The notes: generated by a model from the sequence alone, not told the origin. A stretch of DNA of 64,000 nucleotides from Acidobacteriota bacterium (GCA_026393675.1 JAPKZQ010000029.1:6108-70107); one strand, 5' to 3'; shown: positions 16,809-26,802, numbered from the stretch's first letter. Numbers and translations are program-made.

Positions 16809-19454
16809 GTGGACCCCTCGTCGGACGCGGACACCAGGCTCGGCTCGGTCGCATCGCACCCGTTGCGCGCACACGAGTTCACGCCCGGCACGATCCTCGC
16901 TGACCGCTATCGCATCGTCTCGCTGCTGGGGCGCGGCGGAATGGGCGAGGTCTACCGCGCCGACGACCTGCGTCTGGGCCAGAGCGTGGCGTTGAAGTTT
17001 TTGCCGGAGCTGCTGGCCGAGGACCCACTGGCGCGCGACCTGCTCGTGGCCGAGGCGCGCCACGCGCGCGATGTCGCGCATCCAAACGTCTGCCGCGTGT
17101 ACGACATCGGCGAACTGGGCGGTCCTTCGGCGCTCGACGAGTTCAAGTCGCCCGGAGCCGGTCGAGGGGCGGCAGGCCCACGGAGGGGTCGCACGTTCCT
17201 GACGATGGAGTACATCGACGGGGAGGACCTGGCGACGCTGCTCCGACGGATTGGGAAGCTGCCGCCGGCGAAGGCGCTCGAGATCGCGCGCCAGTTGTGC
17301 GCCGGGTTGGCGGCCGCGCACGATCGCGGCCTGCTGCATCGCGACCTGAAGCCGTCCAACGTGATGATCGACGGCAGGGGACACGCTCGCATCACGGATT
17401 TCGGTCTCTCCGTGAAGCGGACCGATGACCGCACGCCCGCGGATTTCGCGGGGACGCCGGCCTACATGTCGCCGGAGCGGCTGCACGGCGCGCCGGCGAC
17501 CGCGCAATCCGACCTGTATGCGCTGGGGCTGATTCTGTACGAGACGTTCACCGGGCAGCCGGCATTCAAGGCCAGCACGCCTGATGACTGGCGCCAGGTG
17601 CACGCGAGTTCAATACCGCGGCGTCCGTCGTTGCTCTCACGCGATGTTGAACCCGCCGTCGAGCGCGTCATCCTGCAATGTCTCGAGAAGGAACCTGAGA
17701 GGCGGCCGAGGTCAGCGGCGCAGGCGGGAATGATGCTGCCTGGCGGTGACCCGTTGGCCGCGGCCATCGCGGCCGGTGAAACGCCATCTCCGGAAATGGT
17801 GGCGGCGGCTGGCGCCGAAGGCACGCTGTCGCGGCGAACGGCGTGGGGCCTGCTGGCGGCGTGTGTCGCGAGCCTGTCGCTTGCGGCCCTGCTGTGGCAA
17901 TGGACGGGGCTGGCCAACCTCGTGCCGTTTGAAGGTGGAGGCGACGTATTGCGGGCACGGGCACGAGCCGTCCTCTGGAACCTCGGGTACGAGGATCCGG
18001 TCCGTGACGATGCATGGTGGATCGTTCCGGACGACCAGCAGCTTCGGCGTCTCGCGTCCCGCGTGTCCACGGCGCAGCGGTTCGCGGACACGGGCTCCGT
18101 GATGCCCACGCCATTGTCATTCCGCTACCGCCAGAGTCCCGCTGACCTGAAGCCGCTCGCCGTCAACGGCATGGTGAGCGGAACCGATCCTGTGCCCGAG
18201 GTTCCGCAGGACGCTCTGGTGTACCTGGACAGCCTTGGCCGGCTGACGCTTCTTCGAGTCGTGCCGCCGACGCGCGAACCCGGACCTGGCGACGTGCGGA
18301 CCCCCGATTGGAAGCCATTGCTGGCGGCCGCTGGTCTGAACGCCTCCGAACTCGTCGCGGTTGCGCCGCTCTGGGTACCGCCAGTCGCCTTCGACGCGCG
18401 GCAGGCATGGACGGGAATGGTCAACGGCGAGCCTGTTCGGTTCGAGGCCGCGGCGTACCGGAGCCGCGTCGTGTTTGGCACGTGGCGCGACGATCGCGCC
18501 GAGATGCCCGCGCCCTCCGAGAGCGAGGGAGTGACCAGGAGGCTGGTGGCGACCGCGGTGGCAGCGCTGTGGATGGTCAGTCTCGCGGCCGTCGCGCTGC
18601 TGGCGCGGCGCAACGTGCGCATGGGGCGCGGCGACCGGCGCGGCGCTCTGCGCGTGGCGGCGTGCATGCTGGTGCTCTCCGTCTCTGTCGACATGCTCTT
18701 CGAGCACTGGGTGCCCGATCTCTCGTGGGTGTGGTCCATGCTCCGTACGGATTGGGGATTGGCTCTCTTCCGCGCGGCGACGGTATGGCTCTTCTACATG
18801 GGCCTGGAGCCGTTCGTGCGCCGGACGTGGCCGCAGTTGCTGATCGGCTGGACTCGCCTGGTCGATGCGCGCTGGCGCGACCCGCTGGTGGGACAGGGGA
18901 TTCTGGCCGGCGCTGTGTACGGCGCGCTGATCGCTGCGGTCGGCACCTTGCCCGAGACCTGCGGTCGGCTGCTCAACCTTACGGGCACCCAGCCGCACTA
19001 CTCGCTGGGGTCACTCGGGTCAACCGTGCGTTACGTTGCGAATCTGGGAAGTGCCCCCGTGAACGGCGTCACCTTTGGCCTGGGTCTGGTGGCCATCATG
19101 GTCACGATGCGCTTCGTGCTGCGATCGGATCGCGCGGTATTTGCCGCGGCGGCTCTCGTCGCGACGACGTTCTCGATTGCGGCCGTGGAGCCCCGATGGC
19201 TCGACCTCGTCCAGGCCGCCATCATCGGTGTGAGCATGGTCGTCTTCGTGCGCGGGTACGGCCTGCTCGCGCTGATAACCGGGATCGCCGTCAATTACGT
19301 GATCCGCATGACGCCCTGGACGTTGGACGCCTCGAAGTGGTTTGCCGTGCGCCCGGGTTTGACGGTCCTTGTGGTCATGGCGCTTGCCGTCTGGGGATTC
19401 GTCAACGTGCTCGGCCGGCAATCGGCGTTTCCGCGTGGTGTGCTCGACGAGTAA
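16809..19454 (+). CDS. Serine/threonine protein kinase with a large C-terminal polytopic membrane domain
   Basis: Hanks kinase motifs GRGGMGEVYRA, HRDLKPSNVMID, DFGLS and GTPAYMSPE. After about 330 aa there are at least 8 hydrophobic helices. Confidence 0.85.
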   Translation: MDPSSDADTRLGSVASHPLRAHEFTPGTILADRYRIVSLLGRGGMGEVYRADDLRLGQSVALKFLPELLAEDPLARDLLVAEARHARDVAHPNVCRVYDIGELGGPSALDEFKSPGAGRGAAGPRRGRTFLTMEYIDGEDLATLLRRIGKLPPAKALEIARQLCAGLAAAHDRGLLHRDLKPSNVMIDGRGHARITDFGLSVKRTDDRTPADFAGTPAYMSPERLHGAPATAQSDLYALGLILYETFTGQPAFKASTPDDWRQVHASSIPRRPSLLSRDVEPAVERVILQCLEKEPERRPRSAAQAGMMLPGGDPLAAAIAAGETPSPEMVAAAGAEGTLSRRTAWGLLAACVASLSLAALLWQWTGLANLVPFEGGGDVLRARARAVLWNLGYEDPVRDDAWWIVPDDQQLRRLASRVSTAQRFADTGSVMPTPLSFRYRQSPADLKPLAVNGMVSGTDPVPEVPQDALVYLDSLGRLTLLRVVPPTREPGPGDVRTPDWKPLLAAAGLNASELVAVAPLWVPPVAFDARQAWTGMVNGEPVRFEAAAYRSRVVFGTWRDDRAEMPAPSESEGVTRRLVATAVAALWMVSLAAVALLARRNVRMGRGDRRGALRVAACMLVLSVSVDMLFEHWVPDLSWVWSMLRTDWGLALFRAATVWLFYMGLEPFVRRTWPQLLIGWTRLVDARWRDPLVGQGILAGAVYGALIAAVGTLPETCGRLLNLTGTQPHYSLGSLGSTVRYVANLGSAPVNGVTFGLGLVAIMVTMRFVLRSDRAVFAAAALVATTFSIAAVEPRWLDLVQAAIIGVSMVVFVRGYGLLALITGIAVNYVIRMTPWTLDASKWFAVRPGLTVLVVMALAVWGFVNVLGRQSAFPRGVLDE

Positions 19455-19515
19455 GAGATACGGTATTCTTGCTCCTTACCCTTTGCTCCTTGCTTCATCT
19501 GGTTGAGTGCTTACC

Positions 19516-20397
19516 ATGGACTACTCCGGCATCTATCCACCCGCTGCCACGCCCTTTAAGGATGACGCGATCGACACCGCCGGTCTGGCGCACAACACGA
19601 AGCGCTGGATGAAGACGGGCCTGCGTGGGTTGCTTGCGCTCGGGTCGAACGGCGAGGCGGCGTTTCTCGACGAGGACGAAGCCGAGCGCGTCGTGGTGAC
19701 GATGCGCGAGCACACGCCGCGCGATCGGATGCTGCTCGTGGGCACAGGTCGCCAGTCCACGCGGGCGACCATCGCGGCCACCAGGCGCGCGGCGAAGGCC
19801 GGAGCCGACGCGGTCCTGGTGCTGACGCCGTTCTACTTCAAGAGCCAGATGACGCAGGAGGCGCTGGTGGAGCACTACCGCGCCGTGGCGGACGCGTCGC
19901 CGGTGCCGGTCCTGCTTTACAACTTCACCGCCGTCACGGGGATCAACCTGGCGCCGGATACGGTGGCCACCCTCTCGCAGCATCCCAACATCGTCGGCCA
20001 GAAGGACTCGAACGGGGACGTGGGCCAGGTCGCCGCCATCGTCGCCCGTGTGCCGTCCGACTTTCCGGTGCTGGTCGGGTCGGCGGGCACGCTCTACCCG
20101 GCGATGATGGTGGGCGCCGCCGGTGCGATCGTTGCGGTGGCCAACGTGGTGCCGGACGTCTGCGTGAAGCTGTACGATTTGGTGCACGCCGGGCGCCACG
20201 ACGAGGCGCGCGTGCTGCAGCGGCGGTTGACGCCCCTCGCCGTCGCGGTCACGGGCACCTACGGCATCGCGGGATTGAAGGCGACGATGGAGATGGCCGG
20301 GTACGTGGGGGGGACGCCGCGCATGCCGCTGCGGCCGGTCAAGCCCGAAGCCCGCGAGACGTTAAAGCGGCTGTATGACGAATTGGTGGCGACATGA
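19516..20397 (+). CDS. DapA/NAL-family class I aldolase (4-hydroxy-tetrahydrodipicolinate synthase-like)
   Basis: MDYSGIYPPAATPF...GLLALGSNGEAAFLDEDE matches the DapA-family N-terminal signature. The family also includes KDG/HOG aldolases, so exact specificity is not assignable. Confidence 0.8.
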   Translation: MDYSGIYPPAATPFKDDAIDTAGLAHNTKRWMKTGLRGLLALGSNGEAAFLDEDEAERVVVTMREHTPRDRMLLVGTGRQSTRATIAATRRAAKAGADAVLVLTPFYFKSQMTQEALVEHYRAVADASPVPVLLYNFTAVTGINLAPDTVATLSQHPNIVGQKDSNGDVGQVAAIVARVPSDFPVLVGSAGTLYPAMMVGAAGAIVAVANVVPDVCVKLYDLVHAGRHDEARVLQRRLTPLAVAVTGTYGIAGLKATMEMAGYVGGTPRMPLRPVKPEARETLKRLYDELVAT

Positions 20398-21500
20398 TTT
20401 CCCTTCCCGAGTCTGAGAGGATTCTTCTTGGCCCCGGCCCCAGCATGGTGTCGCCCCGGGTGATGCGCACGATGGCCGCCCCCGTCCTGAGCCATCTCGA
20501 TCCTGATCTGATGGCCATGATGGACCAGATGCGCGGGCAACTCGCGCAGGTCTTCCGTGCGCCGGCCGGGTCGTTTGCGTTCGCGGTTTCCGGTACGGGC
20601 ACGTCGGCGATGGAAACGGCCGTGGCCAACCTGGTCGGCGACAAGACGCGCGTCCTGTCTCTGGTGGGAGGCTACTTTGCCGATCGTATCGCCGGCATGT
20701 GCCAGCGTTACGGCGGGCAGGTGACCAGGCTCGATTACGAGTGGGGCCGCGCGGTCGACCCCGAAGCCGTGCGCCGCGCCCTCAAGGAGAAGGGCGCGGA
20801 CATGATCACCGTGGTGCACGCTGAAACCTCGACGGGCGTGCTCAACCCGGTCGAGCAGGTCGCGGCCATCGCCCGCGAACACGGCGCGCTGGTGATCGTC
20901 GACGCGGTCACCTCGCTTGGTGGCCATCCGCTGGATGTGGAGAAGTGGGGCATTGGCGCCTGCTACAGCTGTGCGCAGAAGTGCATCGGCGCGCCGTCTG
21001 GCCTCGCGCCCATCGTGTTCTCGCCCGCCGCGCTGGAGCGCCGGGTCAAGGCGCGCAGTTTCTATTTCGATCTCGCGCTGCTCGAGGATTATTGGCTGCG
21101 TCGCAAGTACCATCACACGATCTGCGCGTCGCTCGTCTACGCGCTGCGCGAAGCGTTGTTGATGGTCGAGGAAGAAGGGCTTGAGGCGCGATGGACCCGG
21201 CACCGCGAGCATCACATCGCCCTGGCTGCCGGCCTGAGCGGGCTGGGCCTCTCGCTGTTGCCGCCCGAGCCCGAACGGCTGTGGACGCTGAATGCGGTTC
21301 GCGTGCCCGACGGCGTAGACGAGACGGCGGTGCGCAAGCAGATGCTGCAGCAGTTCAACATCGAGATTGGCGCGGGCCTCGGGCCGCTTGCCGGTAAAAT
21401 CTGGCGCGTTGGCCTGATGGGCGCCAGCTCGACCCCCAATATCATCCTGTTGTTGCTGGGTGCGTTGGAATCCGTGCTACGCGCACAGAAACACAGGTGA
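20394..21500 (+). CDS. Class V aminotransferase (serine-pyruvate/alanine-glyoxylate aminotransferase-like)
   Basis: LLGPGPSMVSPRVMRTMA N-terminus and PLP-fold composition; ATGA start/stop overlap with the preceding gene. Confidence 0.85.
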   Translation: MISLPESERILLGPGPSMVSPRVMRTMAAPVLSHLDPDLMAMMDQMRGQLAQVFRAPAGSFAFAVSGTGTSAMETAVANLVGDKTRVLSLVGGYFADRIAGMCQRYGGQVTRLDYEWGRAVDPEAVRRALKEKGADMITVVHAETSTGVLNPVEQVAAIAREHGALVIVDAVTSLGGHPLDVEKWGIGACYSCAQKCIGAPSGLAPIVFSPAALERRVKARSFYFDLALLEDYWLRRKYHHTICASLVYALREALLMVEEEGLEARWTRHREHHIALAAGLSGLGLSLLPPEPERLWTLNAVRVPDGVDETAVRKQMLQQFNIEIGAGLGPLAGKIWRVGLMGASSTPNIILLLLGALESVLRAQKHR

Positions 21501-21517
21501 CGAAGGTTGAGGCGCGG

Positions 21518-22252
21518 ATGATCCGGAAACTGTTCACCGGGATCGTGGTGCTGGCGGTCGTCGGATTCGGTTGCGCGGTCTACGCGTACCTCACGCTGCC
21601 AGACGTCCGCTCGTTGCGCACGGCCAACCCGCCGACCACGACCTTTATCGAGTTGCGAATGCGCGAGGCCGAGAGCGCCGGCAAGAAGCCGCGGCGCGTG
21701 CAGACGTGGGTGTCGTACGAACGCATCTCGTCGCACCTGAAGCGGGCCGTGCTGGTGACCGAAGACGCCGCCTTCTTCCAGCACGAGGGTGTTGATTTCG
21801 ACGAACTCGAGAAGTCGGTCGAATTGAACTGGAAAAAGGGCCAGTTCCTGCGCGGCGGCAGCACCATCACGCAGCAGCTGGCCAAGAATCTCTACCTGTC
21901 GCCGTCGAAAAACCCCGTGCGCAAGTTCCGCGAGTTCTTGATCGCGCGCCGGCTCGAAGCCGAGCTGTCCAAACGGCGCATCTTCGAGATCTACCTGAAC
22001 GTGATCGAGTGGGGCGATGGGCTCTATGGCGCCGAGGCGGCAGCCCGCCAGTACTACAAGGTTCCGGCGGCTGCGCTCGGGCCCGAGCAGGCGGCGATGC
22101 TGGCGTCGATGATCTTCAATCCGCGCAAGTACAATCCCGCGCTGCCGACCCGGTTTCTGCAGAAGCGCCAGCAGCTCATCCTGGCGCGCATGGGCGCCAT
22201 CGCGCCCCCGCCCGCCGACCAGCCCGGCCCGCCACCGGTTCCCAAAACCTGA
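21518..22252 (+). CDS. mtgA: Monofunctional biosynthetic peptidoglycan transglycosylase
   Basis: N-terminal TM anchor; GT51 motifs VLVTEDAAFFQHEGVD, GGSTITQQLAKN and RRIFEIYLNVIEWGDG. Confidence 0.85.
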   Translation: MIRKLFTGIVVLAVVGFGCAVYAYLTLPDVRSLRTANPPTTTFIELRMREAESAGKKPRRVQTWVSYERISSHLKRAVLVTEDAAFFQHEGVDFDELEKSVELNWKKGQFLRGGSTITQQLAKNLYLSPSKNPVRKFREFLIARRLEAELSKRRIFEIYLNVIEWGDGLYGAEAAARQYYKVPAAALGPEQAAMLASMIFNPRKYNPALPTRFLQKRQQLILARMGAIAPPPADQPGPPPVPKT

Positions 22253-22312
22253 GACGGTAGGCTAAAGCCCGACCGACAGGAAGCCGACACTCATTCCGGA
22301 GCCTGGTGCGAA

Positions 22313-23215
22313 GTGACCGGGCATCTCCGGAATCTCCCAGTTCGCATGTTCAATTACACCGATCATGTCCGCCGCCTGATGGAGGACATTGTCTCCCGCG
22401 TGCCGGCACTTTCGGCCATCGACGTACGCGACGTGCTGGTCTTCGCCCGGTTGGGCCGCACCAGCACGCACGGCGCCTACGCCACCTGTCACAGCCTCAT
22501 GCTGCCCGACAGCGAGCCGGCGTACTACTTCTGGCGCGACCGGCGCACCGGGCGCTTGACGCGGCGGTCGGAGTGGTTCGTCACGCGGTCGCCGTACGTC
22601 CGCGTGGACGGCCGGCGCGTCACCCATTTGATCTCGCTCTCGCTGCCACGCTTCTGCGACCAGACGCTGAAAGGGTCGGCCAAGCAGGACACCTATCCGC
22701 AAGGGCTCGACTGGCACGCGAAGCTCGACACGATCGTCCACGAGCTCTACCACGTGGATCCGCATGGTGGCGGCATTCGCGCGTCGACGCGATCCGACGG
22801 GCGGCCGTCGGCGCAGACGCACACGGCCCAGTTTTTCCGGGACGTGTCACGCATGGTGCGAGAGTACCTGGATAGCCGGCCCGATCCGGCCATCTCGGAA
22901 TTCCTTGCGCTGAGCTTCGACGAGTTCACGAGGCTCCATGGAGCCGTCGTCGCCACGACGTTCCGGGCGTTTCCGTCGTTTCCCCAGCGTTTTCGAGAGC
23001 GGATGATCGAGCAGCCTCGCATGCCGCGCGTCGCGCACGTCGTGATGCTCGACGGCCGCCAGCATCAGCGTCTCTACACCGACGTCCATCTTGAAACCCG
23101 CCAGTTCCTGGCGCGATCCACCCGGCGAACCGCGACCAGCCAGCACGCGGGGACGATCAAAGGCGTCCATCCTCGCCAGCCCTCGAGCCTCGCCGCTCAT
23201 CGCCAGCCCAGATAA
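22313..23215 (+). CDS. Hypothetical protein with an HExxH zinc-metalloprotease-like motif
   Basis: Protein-like composition with a VHELYHVD motif (HExxH). I recognise no known family confidently. The start is ambiguous (GTG 22313 or ATG 22346). Confidence 0.45.
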   Translation: MTGHLRNLPVRMFNYTDHVRRLMEDIVSRVPALSAIDVRDVLVFARLGRTSTHGAYATCHSLMLPDSEPAYYFWRDRRTGRLTRRSEWFVTRSPYVRVDGRRVTHLISLSLPRFCDQTLKGSAKQDTYPQGLDWHAKLDTIVHELYHVDPHGGGIRASTRSDGRPSAQTHTAQFFRDVSRMVREYLDSRPDPAISEFLALSFDEFTRLHGAVVATTFRAFPSFPQRFRERMIEQPRMPRVAHVVMLDGRQHQRLYTDVHLETRQFLARSTRRTATSQHAGTIKGVHPRQPSSLAAHRQPR

Positions 23216-23340
23216 CGGTAGGCCGGTTTCGGATCCTGTCGCCGGTTTCCGACCGCCGCTTCCTGTTCCGCGCACCCCAGACTGTGGTAGTAGTAGGCGT
23301 ACCGGGGCCATGCCACGTGTATCTTCTGGCGGAGGATCCC

Positions 23341-24045
23341 ATGCGTAAGTTGATGCTGGTTGCGATCGTCGTTGTTGCGGCCGCTGGCTTTGCGGGGTCG
23401 CCCGCGTTTGCCGGAGACGCGTTTGCGCGATCGACATGGCAGCCGTGCGCCAGTCGGCCGGCGCGCGTGAATCCCTGGAGAGTAAACTGGTCCCCCGCGC
23501 CCGGAGGGACCCCGGCAACGTCGACAGCGCCAGCCTCGACCCCCGTGAAGTTCGGTATCCCCGAGACCGCTGATCAAGGAACGCAGGGGCGGCGAAGGCC
23601 GGTCGCCTTCGAGTACAGCGAGGGCTACAAAGTCAGGGCCAGGATCCACAAGGTTGCGAGCATCGCGACGCTGCCGCTCGTTGTCGCGGAGTACCTCGTG
23701 GGTTCGGACCTGTACACCCATCCCGACAGCGTCACCGGCGCCAAGCGCAGCACGCACACGACGCTGGCAGCGTCAACGGGCGTGTTGTTTGGCATCAACA
23801 CCATTACTGGCGTCTGGAATCTCGTCGAAGCGAGGAAGGACCCCAACCACCGCACGCAGCGGACCATCCACGGCATCCTGATGTTCGTGGCCGACGCGGG
23901 GTTCGCGGCTACCGGCGCGACGGCGCCGGGGTCGGAACGGGGGCGCGTCGATGGCGGATCGCGAACGACACACCGGACGCTCGCGCTCACGTCGATGGGA
24001 ATCGCGACAGTCAGCTACCTGATGATGCTGTTTGGCCGAAACTGA
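23341..24045 (+). CDS. Hypothetical exported/membrane protein
   Basis: MRKLMLVAIVVVAAAGFAGSPAFAG signal peptide, GGAGGATCCC RBS upstream, hydrophobic C-terminal segments. Confidence 0.4.
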   Translation: MRKLMLVAIVVVAAAGFAGSPAFAGDAFARSTWQPCASRPARVNPWRVNWSPAPGGTPATSTAPASTPVKFGIPETADQGTQGRRRPVAFEYSEGYKVRARIHKVASIATLPLVVAEYLVGSDLYTHPDSVTGAKRSTHTTLAASTGVLFGINTITGVWNLVEARKDPNHRTQRTIHGILMFVADAGFAATGATAPGSERGRVDGGSRTTHRTLALTSMGIATVSYLMMLFGRN

Positions 24046-24093
24046 ACAACCCAGCCCAGCCCAAGCCCGGCGCGGCAGGGACCACGTCGCTTG

Positions 24094-24609
24094 TCAGGGC
24101 ATCGGGTCGGACCAGACGAGACGCCGAGCGCCTGCATAGTGCTGGGACCAGTACGGCGACGTCAACGGCTCGACGCGGACCACGCCCCTCGAATTCGGCG
24201 CGTGCACGAAGGCATCATGGCTGGTGGCAATCCCCACGTGCGTGAAGCCGGGGCCCGTGGTGCTGAAGAACACCAGATCTCCCGGCCGGATATCCTCACG
24301 ATCGACGTGCCGGCCGACGCCCGCCTGGATGGCCACATTTCGCGGCAGTTCCACGCCGTGCAGGCGATACACGTACCAGACAAACCCGCTGCAATCGAAC
24401 CCGGACGGCGTCGTGCCGCCCAGCACGTACGGCGTGCCAAGATACCCAAGCGCGGAGCGCACAATGGTCGAGTCTGATGGCGGCGCGGCCGACGACGAAC
24501 GAGGAGGCAGGACGCGCAGCCGCGGCCCGTGGCTGGACGCGCACCCGGTCAACAGGGACGCAAACAACCCGAGCAGGAGCAGCGACGCGCTGGCGCGTGC
24601 AACAGACAT
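24094..24609 (-). CDS. NlpC/P60 family peptidoglycan endopeptidase lipoprotein (C40 peptidase)
   Basis: Lipobox LLTGCASS. Catalytic Cys context GTPYVLGGTTPSGFDCSGFVWYVY and downstream His (GFTHVGIATS). Confidence 0.85.
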   Translation of the reverse strand: MSVARASASLLLLGLFASLLTGCASSHGPRLRVLPPRSSSAAPPSDSTIVRSALGYLGTPYVLGGTTPSGFDCSGFVWYVYRLHGVELPRNVAIQAGVGRHVDREDIRPGDLVFFSTTGPGFTHVGIATSHDAFVHAPNSRGVVRVEPLTSPYWSQHYAGARRLVWSDPMP

Positions 24610-24796
24610 CTCTGAAGCTCTATCGGTCGAAAGGGGTCTCGAGTTCAGGCATCCTCGCGTGACGCGGGCCGGCCGGCTTTCCGTTCCCGCGTCTAAAGAA
24701 GAGTGAGATAGTAGTAGGAGTGCCTGCCAGCAACATCGATGGTCGTGTCGGGTATCAGATCCCTGATGATACCCTTTGGCGGAGGTCAGTGACGTG

Positions 24797-25291
24797 ATGA
24801 TTGACGCACCACAGTCGCTCGTCGAGGCGTTCCAGGGCTGGGCGCATCTCTACAGCAAGACCAAGGCGGTCTCGATGGCCGTGACCTATGTCCACTTTGC
24901 CGGATTGCTGCTCGGTGGCGGCGCGGCCGTGGCGGCCGATCGCCAGACGTTACGCGCGGCAAAGGAAGCCGATCCGGTGCGCGCCGACCATCTCAAGTTT
25001 CTCGGCACGGTCCATACCATCGCCATCGCGGGACTCGCCATGCTGGCGGGATCCGGCCTCCTGATGCTGCTGGCCGACCTCGAGACCTTCTGGGCGTCCA
25101 AGGCGTTCTGGTCGAAGATGACGCTGGTCGTGCTGCTGCTCGTGAACGGACTGATGATGCGCCGCGCCGAACAACTGGCCGGCACCACACCGGATCGCGC
25201 ATGGACGCAATTGAAATGGACGTCGATCGCCAGCCTGGTGCTGTGGTTCGCCATCGTGCTCGCCGGCACAATTCTGGTTGCCACCGCGTAA
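24797..25291 (+). CDS. Hypothetical integral membrane protein (about 4 TM)
   Basis: Hydrophobic helices; GGAGGT RBS 11 nt upstream of the ATG at 24797. Confidence 0.45.
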   Translation: MIDAPQSLVEAFQGWAHLYSKTKAVSMAVTYVHFAGLLLGGGAAVAADRQTLRAAKEADPVRADHLKFLGTVHTIAIAGLAMLAGSGLLMLLADLETFWASKAFWSKMTLVVLLLVNGLMMRRAEQLAGTTPDRAWTQLKWTSIASLVLWFAIVLAGTILVATA

Positions 25292-25310
25292 GAAGGGAAC
25301 ACGAACGGCC

Positions 25311-25826
25311 ATGAAGGACGAATCCGCCTCCCACGGGTGCGACCCGTGCGGATGTCTGAATCCACGCCGGGATTTCATCCGCCAGGTTGCCGTGCTGGCG
25401 GCGGGCCTCGTCGCGGGGAGCTGTGGCTTCGCTGCGGCCGCCGAACTCCCGATTGCCTTCGGCGGTTCCCTCGGACGGGCGGGCGACGAGATTAGCTATC
25501 CGATCCCCGCCAATGACGGCGTGACCATCGACCGTGACAACGCGGTCATCATCGTGCGGTCTCAGGGGAAGGTGATGGCCTTCAACCTGTCATGCCCGCA
25601 CCAGAACGCGGCCGTGCGCTGGCGCCAGGCCGACCTGCGGTTCGAGTGCAGCAAGCACGACTCGGTCTACACGCCCGACGGCACGTACGTCGGCGGTCGC
25701 GCCACGCGCAACATGGATCGCTTCGCTATCAAGCGGAGCGGCAGCTCGATCATCGTCAATGTGGCGCAGATGATTCAGTCGGACGAGCAGAAGGCCGCGT
25801 GGGACGCGGCCACCGTCGCGGTCTAG
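25311..25826 (+). CDS. Tat-exported Rieske [2Fe-2S] domain protein
   Basis: Twin-arginine signal RRDFIRQVAVLAAGLVAG. Rieske ligand boxes CPHQ (CxH) and CSKHDS (CxxH). Confidence 0.75.
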   Translation: MKDESASHGCDPCGCLNPRRDFIRQVAVLAAGLVAGSCGFAAAAELPIAFGGSLGRAGDEISYPIPANDGVTIDRDNAVIIVRSQGKVMAFNLSCPHQNAAVRWRQADLRFECSKHDSVYTPDGTYVGGRATRNMDRFAIKRSGSSIIVNVAQMIQSDEQKAAWDAATVAV

Positions 25827-25869
25827 AACCGCCCCGACGCGACTTCACCGATATCGTCCGGCCACCCGG

Positions 25870-26802
25870 TCAGGCGGTCGCCTCCAGTTCGGCGACTGAC
25901 CGCTGGGCCGGCGTGCCGTCTGGCAGTTGCGCGATCCGGGGCTGCCGGCTTTGATAGGCATGAAGCCGCGCGGGCGTGCCGAGATCGCTCCATCCGCACG
26001 GGGGGATACGGACGACGGCCAGGCTCGCGGTCAACTTTGTCAGGACATCGCGCGACATGTCCGCACTCGGCAGGTTGCGGTAGAAGTCGGTCAGGCTTGG
26101 GGCCGCCGCGCCCGCTGCTTCCCTGGCCACAAACGCCTGCACGAGTTCCGGCACCGTCTGTTGGCATGCCCGCAGTAACGCGCTCGCCTGCGCGACAAAC
26201 ATGAAGCTGTTGACGAGCGCGCCACGCCGCATCAAGGCGAGCGCCCCGTCGAGGTTCGGCTTCTCCACGAAGTGCGCCACACCAGCCTGTGCGCCACCTC
26301 CCGCCGGCAGGATCCAACCGTAGTCGGCGTCGCACTTTTCCGGTGTCATGCCCAGCAGCAGGATGCGGCGGTGGCGTGAGTCCCGCGTCCTCAGCACGTC
26401 GAGCAGCGCGTCGCGCAGGACGTCTTCGTCGGCGACGTAGTGGTCCGAAGGCAGCATCAGCAGTCGCGCCTTCGGGTCACGGCGAAACAGGACATGAACG
26501 GCCGCCAGCAGTACACCGGCCGCCGTGCCGCGATTCCGGGGCTGAACAAGGATGTTGCCGGCAGGGATGTCCGCCAGTTCCCGTTCCCAGTAGCGCCGGT
26601 GCTGCTCGGCGACCACGAACAGGATGCGGTCGCGCGCCACCACCCCAAGCGCCCGGGCGAATGCCCAGCGAATCATCGATTCGCGCCCGCCAAAGGCACA
26701 GTACTGTTTGGGAATGGGCTGGCCGTCGTCGCCAGCCGTCAGGGAAGCCACGCGCTGTCCGTCGCCACCCGCCAGCACGACCGCCCACAAATGCGTGCTC
26801 AT
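25870..26802 (-). CDS. Sugar-phosphate nucleotidyltransferase (mannose-1-phosphate guanylyltransferase-like)
   Basis: WAVVLAGGDGQR (GxGxR nucleotidyltransferase P-loop-like motif) and overall ManC/GMPP-like layout. Confidence 0.7.
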   Translation of the reverse strand: MSTHLWAVVLAGGDGQRVASLTAGDDGQPIPKQYCAFGGRESMIRWAFARALGVVARDRILFVVAEQHRRYWERELADIPAGNILVQPRNRGTAAGVLLAAVHVLFRRDPKARLLMLPSDHYVADEDVLRDALLDVLRTRDSRHRRILLLGMTPEKCDADYGWILPAGGGAQAGVAHFVEKPNLDGALALMRRGALVNSFMFVAQASALLRACQQTVPELVQAFVAREAAGAAAPSLTDFYRNLPSADMSRDVLTKLTASLAVVRIPPCGWSDLGTPARLHAYQSRQPRIAQLPDGTPAQRSVAELEATA

